Assembly (NCBI GenBank): GCA_964016885.1
Contig: OZ024756.1
Location: forward strand, 6,138,001-6,202,000
DNA length: 64,000 bases
Direction of reading: 5' to 3'
Source: Eledone cirrhosa
Taxonomy: Eukaryota
Shown here: positions 56,086-64,000 of the stretch, piece after piece
Layout of the letters: every line of letters starts with the position of its first letter
Numbering within the stretch: position 1 is the stretch's first letter
Program-made: the position numbers and the translations under genes
Notes under the pieces: model-generated
What the model was told of the DNA's origin: nothing
Databases searched by the model: none
Seen by the model: only the letters and a program-made list of their open reading frames with translations

Positions 56086-56187
56086 TCGATCTAAAAAATA
56101 ATAAATCAATACTCACAAACATATATGGGCAAAAGGCCTTTTGCCCATATATGTTTGTGAGTATTGATTTATTATTTTTTAGATCGA
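56086..56187. repeat. Perfect 102-bp palindrome with no spacer
   Basis: TCGATCTAAAAAATAATAAATCAATACTCACAAACATATATGGGCAAAAGG followed by its exact reverse complement. Confidence 0.95.
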
Positions 56188-56372
56188 CACAGGCAGAATA
56201 TATATAATAGCGTATAAGTATCGTAAGAGATAAGGAAGAAAAGAGGTAGAGAGACGTGCGATACAGGTTACTAAATGCCAACAGCCGAAGCGTGTTGTAC
56301 TCAATTCTTGGGTTAGCAGAGCTATATAAAGAATTTGTTTTAACGGCTTGTAACTCCATTCATTCATTCATT

Positions 56373-56427
<55 letters not shown>

Positions 56428-56436
56428 TAATTAATC

Positions 56437-56680
56437 AATTAAAAGTAGTAAAACGGGGTTACTTCACTATAATTAATTTATAAAGAAATTATTGTGAAGT
56501 AAACCCGTCATAACTACTTTTAATTAAATAAATTAAATAAATGACTCAGTCACTTCTAATCACCAAATTTTGACTGGAATAAATTGCAGACGTGAAGTGC
56601 TTTTGGTTCGATTGGGCCGGCTTATCCCCGTGAGGTTATAACCTAACGTCCACTTTAAGCACCTTATCTTCTGCATTATA
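56437..56680 (+). mobile_element. Degenerate fold-back element in (TA)n
   Basis: AATTAAAAGTAGT..CGGGGTTACTTCACTATAATT / AATTATTGTGAAGTAAACCCG..ACTACTTTTAATT, followed by a unique tail. Confidence 0.55.
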
Positions 56681-56827
56681 TATAATGGACTCTACTGTCG
56701 ATATCCGACGTATGAATGTTCAACAAAAGGTCAGCTCTCTTGATGGCGATCTCTCATGTGACATTTCAATCCCTATCGCCTACGGATTTCGCCTGGAAAA
56801 GACAGGCGGAAATGTGAGAAAATGAAC

Positions 56828-57843
56828 CGATCTTGAACTAACCACACAAAGTTTTGTTTTAAGTGGTGAAGGCTTGTGACGGACCAACCACACTTCATAT
56901 ATAGTGTATAATATATACTGTAAAAAGTGTATATATAATGTATATATACTGTACAGAGTGTATATATAATGTATATATGAGATCTTGAACTAATCACACA
57001 AAGTTTTGTTTTAAGTGGTGAAGGTTTGTGTAGGACCGACCACACTTCATATATAGTATATAATATATACTGTACAAAGTGTATATATAATGTATATATA
57101 CTGTATATATAATGTATATATGAGATGTTGAACTACCCACACACAGTTTTGTTTTAAGTGGTGAAGGCTTGTGTAGGACCAACCACACTTCATATATAGT
57201 GTATAATATATACTGTACAACGTGTATATATACTGTACAACGTGTATATATAATGTATATATACTGTACAAAGTGTATATATAGTGTATATATGAGATGT
57301 TGAACTACCCACACACAGTTTTGTTTTAAATGGTGAAGGTTGTGTAGGACCGACCACACTTCATATGTAGTGTATAATATATACTGTACAAAGTGTATAT
57401 ACTGTACAAAGTGTATATATAATGTATATATACTGTACAAAGTGTATATAGTGTATATATACTGTATATATAATGTATATATGAGATCTTGAACTATCCA
57501 CACAAAGCTTTGTTTTAAGTGGTGAAGGCTTATGTAGGACCGACCACACTTCATATATAGTGTATAATATATACTGTACAAAGTGTATATAGTGTATATA
57601 TACTGTATATATAATGTATATATGAGATGTTGAACTACCCACACACAGTTTTGTTTTAAGTGGTGAAGGTTTGTGTAGGACCAACCACACTTCATATATA
57701 GTGTATAATATATACTGTACAAAGTTTATATATAATGTATATATATTGTACAAAGTGTATATATAATGTATATATGAGATGTTGAATTACCCACACAAAG
57801 TTTTGTTTTAAGTGGTGAAGGTTTGTGTAGGACCAACCACACT
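56828..57843. repeat. Tandem repeat of about 140-190 bp, about 7 copies
   Basis: Core GATGTTGAACTACCCACACA..AAGTGGTGAAGG..GGACCAACCACACTT with variable TATATACTGTACA linkers. Confidence 0.9.
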
Positions 57844-58208
57844 TTTTGGAACTGACGACCCATATCTTCGGTGTAAATATTTACCACGGAAAATACGACG
57901 ACAGCCCTCAGCTTTTTATGACTCGAAGTTTAACTAAATAATTGTTTCTACGTTAGGCACAAGGCCAGCAGTTACCCAGTACATTACTGGTACATTATTT
58001 TATCGACCCCGTAAGGATGAAAGGCAAAGTTAACCCCAAATAATAAGTCTAAACGGTATGAAATCGTGTATTGAAAGAAATATTGTTTTATTTGGGGAGT
58101 GTCAAATTGTTATAATATTGCCAGAATGTGTTTTATTATTATTTCTGGCAATATTATAACAATATCAGTCTCCCCAAATATAATAATATAGATACACACA
58201 CACACATA

Positions 58209-58243
<35 letters not shown>

Positions 58244-59774
58244 GTGTGTGTGCGTGTGTGTAGCAACCGAGGTCTTATATAAAAAAACGAAATCGCTTCG
58301 TCGTTCAATTCTGCTTTCCTCGCCGAAGAAAATACGATGCTATCAACGGTAAAATGTTACTTTAACGTTTTATGACTTTTAACTGTGTGTCATAGATGTG
58401 CCCTTCCAATTGGTTGAGTGTTTAAAGGACTGTGAACACATGAGCTTAATACAATTTGAGAAACAGCTATTCCTTTTAAATTTTAGCTATTAGTTTTGAC
58501 ATAGTTTTTCACCAAGTGTGTTAAAATGTGTACGAAAGTTTGTGTGTATAGAAGCAGAAATATTAGTGTGTGTACTATGGGAGATATTTGTTTGAAGGTG
58601 ATTCAAACGTCATGTGTCCTTCTTACAAGGAGGGCAAATGGAATGAAAAAAATATCGTATTAAAGAGAATAAAGAGAAATATGTAGTAAAAGCCAGAGTG
58701 TAGAATATGAGACATTTTTTCATGTCAAACCAATTCCCAACATCAGAATGAGCACAACCAGACACACTTCATGTGCCCTCACCTTACTTTACAGAAAAGG
58801 ACCTGTGGTTGTCGTTGTTTAGCCCTCAGTCACCCCTAATTGAGCAGACATATTTCTATTTCTACGATGATCATAGTGATTATTTTTGTTTGTTTTTTTC
58901 TTTCAACTTGGATCTCCCTGAGAAATGTTGCAGGGCAGGGCAAGAGTGGCGGGAGACGATAAGGTCTCAACATTCATGTGACGTAAAAAGTGTTTTGGTG
59001 GTGGTGGTGGTGTTGGTGGTGCTGGTGGTCGCAATGATTGTTGTTGTGGAGGTAGTAGTGGTGGTGGCGGTGGTGTTGGTGGTAGTGATAGTGGTGGGTG
59101 TGATTGTTGTTGTGGTGGTAGTGCTGGAGGTGGCAATGGTTGTGGTGGTAGTGGTGATGTGGGGGATTGTTGTTGTTGTGGTGGCGGTGGCGGTAGTGGT
59201 GCTGGAGGTGGTGACAGTGAAGGTGGTAGTGGTGGTGCTGGTGTTAGTGCTGGTCGTGGTATTGATGCTTGTGGTGGTGGTGTTAGTGTTAGTACTGGTG
59301 GTGGTAGTGTTAGTGCTGGTGTTGGTAGTGTTGTTGTTGGTGGTGGTAGTGCTAGTGCTAGTGCTGGAGGTGGTTGTGGGTTCAGTACGTAGTCAAAGGT
59401 TTCTCCTTGCCTCCACGACTCCAAGCTGATAATCCCGCTAAGCCCTTCCGACACACACACACACACACCCAACACCCCGGGTGTGTACATCTTATTTACA
59501 GTTATCCTACACTAAATACTACATTACCTATTATCATATTAGCTACTAAATTTTGAAGATGTTAAGTTATGATTTAATGGAACATGGCTGTTGTTTCTTG
59601 CAGGACAAATGACCACCTTCTTAGTGACTCTGGTCATATCTACTGCAAATAATTAGTAAAACTTTTTGTGAAATCTACATATTTCCTATATTTTAAAACT
59701 ATTTCATTTTTAATCTTTTTTCTCGTTACTTTCCTTAACTGTCTCAATGAATGTGGTGTAGGTGTTAATGTAAT

Positions 59775-60208
59775 GGTTTCTTATATAGGCGCAAGGTCAG
59801 TAATTTTGCGGGAGGGGAAAGTCGATTGAATCGACCCCAGTGCATTACTGGTACTTTATTTATCGACCCTGTACAGATGAAAGACAAAGCTAATCTCAGT
59901 TGTTTTTTAAAATCAGAACATAAAGGGCCGTAACTATGCCGGCAAGCATGAAGTCCGACGCTCTACCGGTTCTGCCGATCCAATGTAGTTGTTGATATAA
60001 TGAGTTCTACTTTTGGCACAGGCCCAGCAATTAATCCAGTACATTACTGGTACTGTATTTTATCGACCCCGTAAGGATGAAAGGCAAAGTTAACCTCGGC
60101 GGGATATTAATTCAAGTCATAAAGGACCGTAATTCTATGTTGCAAGGCATGGTGTCCCACCCTCTACCGATACTGCCAATCCACCGCGCTTCCACACTTA
60201 TTATTATT

Positions 60209-60241
<33 letters not shown>

Positions 60242-60700
60242 TGATTCTACTTTTGGACAAGGCCAACAATGACCCAGTACATTACTGGTACTGTATTTTA
60301 CCGACCCCGTAAGGATGAAAGGCAAAGTTAACCTTGTTGATATAATGCAAAACCATAAGTGGGTGAATTGGGAGAGTCGTTAGAACATCCGGTAGAATGT
60401 TTTGTGGTTTTCGTCCTAAAATTTCTATCCTTAGTTCAAGTCCTGTTGAAGTCAACTTTATTTTCCTGCCATTTGAGGCCGATAAAAAAGGTACCAGTCT
60501 AGTATTGGGGTCGATTCTTCCTCTCTATCACTATCTTATTTCTATTCTCTCAATCTCTCTCTATCCCTCTCTGGAAGAATCTGCTGTGTTCAGACCTGGA
60601 GAGGAGATGGGCTCCTCCAGGTTTTTAAGAATGACCTAAGAAACGCCGCATGTCAATACAGTATCCCTACGACTCCACTAGGAGTTACGAGTCCATACAA
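59775..60700. mobile_element. SINE family 1 cluster
   Basis: 59775-59982, 60003-60187 and 60240-60334 (-); 60357-60700 (+). Other copies at 57938-58036, 61524-61633 and 62782-62995. Confidence 0.85.
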
Positions 60701-63054
60701 TACTATAAAACAAAGCTAATATGGAAGAAAACGCGTCGGTTTCGACGATGTGTGTTCCAGTGATACAAATAAACGGAACAACTTGTACCTGAAATTAACG
60801 TGTAACTAACTAGCTGAGCAATCCAGAGATACGTGTAGCCATATAATAATTCTCAGGGAGATTTAGCGCGACAGAGTGTTAAAATGCTGGCAATTTGAAT
60901 TTCAAGTAGAGTTTATCCGATGGGCTTCGACGTCGTTACCGTCTACCCAATATCATACACAAAGTGTGGAGCACAGCATAGATATGTAGAATCTTAATGA
61001 AATTCTTAAAAAAAAACACATGCCACTATGTAACATAAAGCTGCACCCCTGAATTACAGGCACGACCCTATGGTAATAACCACTAGTCCAAAATCTCATA
61101 CAGCGATTTCGACCCCGAGACAACGTGATAGCAAATGACTCCAATATGTGATTCATAAGTTCTGTGTCTAAAATAAGCGAAATAACATCTGTTATAGTAC
61201 AAAGGGATACAGTTATGGTCTGTTGTCACAGGATGAGATCTAAATTGGTTCTCTATATCATACAGGAATTACAAAAATATTCCCGAATGATAGATGAGAA
61301 AGAGGAAAATAACCTAACCAATTCAGAGATATGTGTGAGTAAAATGTTGAAATGTGTGACGTATGAGGCTCGCTATGTTTTGGCGTTGCTCGTGGTACAG
61401 AAAACAGCCAATCAGAGAGAGTTTACAGAAAACTAGTTTCTCTAACTCTTTTTTAGCTACTTTTAATTTTGTTTATTTCTTATGATTTTCTAGACAAATA
61501 AGCATCATTATTAGAGTAGAAACAAATCCTGCCGAGGTTAACTTTGCCTTTCATCCTTACGGGGTCGATAAAATAAAGTACCAGTAATCTACTGGTTTAT
61601 TTGCTGGCCTTGTGCCAAAAGTAGAAACAATTATTAGATTCGGTTGACCTGCTGAAAATAACAGTTAACTCACACCAAACACGATGAAAATTTCGGAGGA
61701 GAGTAAAATGCCACACAAGGACGAATATTTTATTACAAATACAAACATATTTAAAAATTACTACCTCCCTACGGACAAAATACGCTGCACGCCAGGTCCG
61801 AACACGAAAGAGCCGAACTCCCACTGTCGTTGTCCCCATCTCTCTCACCCTCTCCATCTCTCTCTGTATTATGAGCAAATGAAGTCCTACGTGCTGGCCG
61901 CTCCCGCAGCCCCGACAGACAGACTGGAGAAGGCGTTTCCTCGGAGGATGGTAAGAGAGATGCGCTGGAAGAGCCTTTCCCTCTCGTGAGGCTCACACCT
62001 GCGGCTAGCCAGCTGAGCGCATAAAAACAGTACGCCCTGATTAATGTGATGTTAGATAAAAAAATATCTGTTGAAAAATCAAAACTAAATGGATGGTCGC
62101 GACTGGGAAAATCATTCAATTTTTTTTTTTTTTCTAAATGAAATTAAATTCCAAGGTAATGAAAAAACAATAACCACCAGCAACATTATGTAGATGCTGT
62201 AATCTTTAATAGATTTTCACAAATATACGGGAAGTTAAGGATTACCTATAAAATCTTTCACTTTACTCTGAAGAAACAGGCCGCAGAAGCTGGCTGTGTG
62301 TTTATGTAATTTGTTTCAAGCCTACAAAGCTTCGGGTACAATCGAACTCTCTGGTAAAATAAACAAATACCGGGTTTAACCGGCAGCTTCCACTTCGCAC
62401 CGGTCGCCGTCGAGACCTTATGCGTACTTGGATCCGTTTCTGCCGAGTTCCTCCGCAAGTTTGGAACGTCGGCGGCCCGTCTGAGGAGTGAAATGCTTTT
62501 GCTGTCTTATCGGCGGGGCACATCACTTCTGCCCTCTTGCCCTAGGCCCAAAATCCAATCCCCCCCACACCCCTCATCACCCTCTCTTCAGCAACACCAG
62601 AACTCTTGCCATCCGCTCCCCTTACCGTGCTTTTTCTTCTTTCTTTCTCTCATTTTTTTCTATATTTCCCTATTCTTTCCTTTTAGCCCCTCCTCTTTTC
62701 TTTTAAAAATAAACTTCTGTTCGATTTAAAGTTTTCAGAAAATTGAACAACAAATTCGAGCCGACTAAGGCTCAGCAAATATTGATTTCTAATTTAGACA
62801 CAATCCAGAAAATTTGATCGTATGACAAAGTTGATTAATCCACCCCAGTACATGACTGGTACTTTATTATATCGACTCCGGAAGTTTGAAGCGCAAAGTT
62901 GAACTCGGTAAGATTTAATCTAAAAATTCTAAGATCCAGATCAGATGCCGCGATAAGCTTCCATCAGACGCTCTACCAATTCTGCCAACCCACCACCATT
63001 GTTCAGCCTCGAATAGAACAGATAATGAGAATCTTGATGTGTTTTAGGACTTCG

Positions 63055-64000
63055 ACGTCGATGGTGATGGTGATGATGATGATATGGACGATGGTGGTAG
63101 TGGTGAACATGGTGGTGGTGTAATGGTGGTGTGATGGTGGTAGTGGTGTTAGTGGTTGTGATGGTGGTGGTAGTGATATAGGTGGTGGTGGTAGTGGTGG
63201 AGACAGTGGAGGTAGTGGTGTGGAGATGGTGGTTGTGATAGTGGCAGTACTGGTGGTGGTAGTGGTGGTGGTAGTGGTGCAGTCAGTGGTTGTGATGGTG
63301 ATATGGGGGATGGTGGTACTGGTGGAGATGGTGGTGGTGTAATGGTGGTGTGATGGTGGTAGTGGTGTTAGTGGTTGCGATGGTGGTGGTGGTGTAGTCG
63401 GTGGTTGTGATGGTGGTTGTGATGGTGGTAGTAGTGGTGGCGGTAGTGCTGTAGTCAGTGGTTGTGATGGTGATATGGGGGACGGTGGTGGTGGTGGTGG
63501 TGCTAGTGGTGGTGATGGAAGTGGTGGTGGAGATGGTGGTTGTGATGGTGGTAGTAGTGGTGGTGGTAGTGGTGTAGTCAGTGGTTGTGATGGTGATATA
63601 GGGGATGGTGGTACTGGTGGAGATGGTGGTGGTGTAATGGTGGTGTGATGGGGGTAGTGGTGTTAGTGGTTGCGATGGTGGTGGTGGTGTAGTCGGTGGT
63701 TGTGATGGTGATATGGGTGGTGGTGGTAGTGGTCTGGAGATGGTGGTTGTGATGGTGGTAGTAGTGGTGGCGGTAGTGCTGTAGTCAGTGGTTGTGATGG
63801 TGGTAGTACTGGTGGTGGTGTAGTCAGTGGTGGTGATCAGACTGATGAGGAGTATGGTGGCTGTAGAATTGACGACAATGATAATAAAGGGGGCAGGGTG
63901 ATGATGGTTGTCGCAGTGGTAGTGATGATGATGATGGTGATTATGATGATGATGAAATTAATGATGCTAATGATGGTGGCGATGGTGATGATGATGCTTG
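63055..64000. repeat. (GGT/GAT)n low-complexity tract
   Basis: Direct reading. Similar tracts at 58996-59380 and 53100-53780. Confidence 0.9.

Noticed and set aside
58915-58990. CCRAGQEW..C resembling a fibulin anaphylatoxin module
   Set aside because: No good acceptor or donor, and the frame runs into a microsatellite.
62481-62500. CTGAGGA-GT-GAAA hammerhead-like core
   Set aside because: No stem II and no convincing stem I.

Overview
AT-rich eukaryotic genomic DNA dense in microsatellites and retroposons. The SINE families and repeat landscape suggest an octopod cephalopod (inference). Almost every ORF in the six-frame track is a microsatellite artefact. Recognisable content: (1) a 5'-truncated, frameshifted Penelope-like retroelement (PLE; RT plus C-terminal GIY-YIG, Naiad-like motifs) at about 7786-9960 (-) with its own hammerhead ribozyme; (2) roughly 35 copies of a tRNA-derived SINE, a second SINE family, RTE-LINE 3' ends, a non-autonomous Helitron and several MITEs; (3) a few small candidate minus-strand exons, one resembling the end of a CUB domain. 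The most interesting signal is non-coding. More than a dozen short elements, mostly unrelated in sequence, sit inside (TA)n tracts and share one architecture: a long fold-back inverted repeat, minimal type I hammerhead ribozyme(s) with a short, usually palindromic stem III, and a 3' tail containing a covarying stem-loop with a 2-nt U-initiated bulge (RYUC-stem-loop-stem-UH-GRRY). One family also occurs as a 471-bp tandem array with one hammerhead per complete unit (retrozyme-like). All structures were read by eye; no folding or database search was run.
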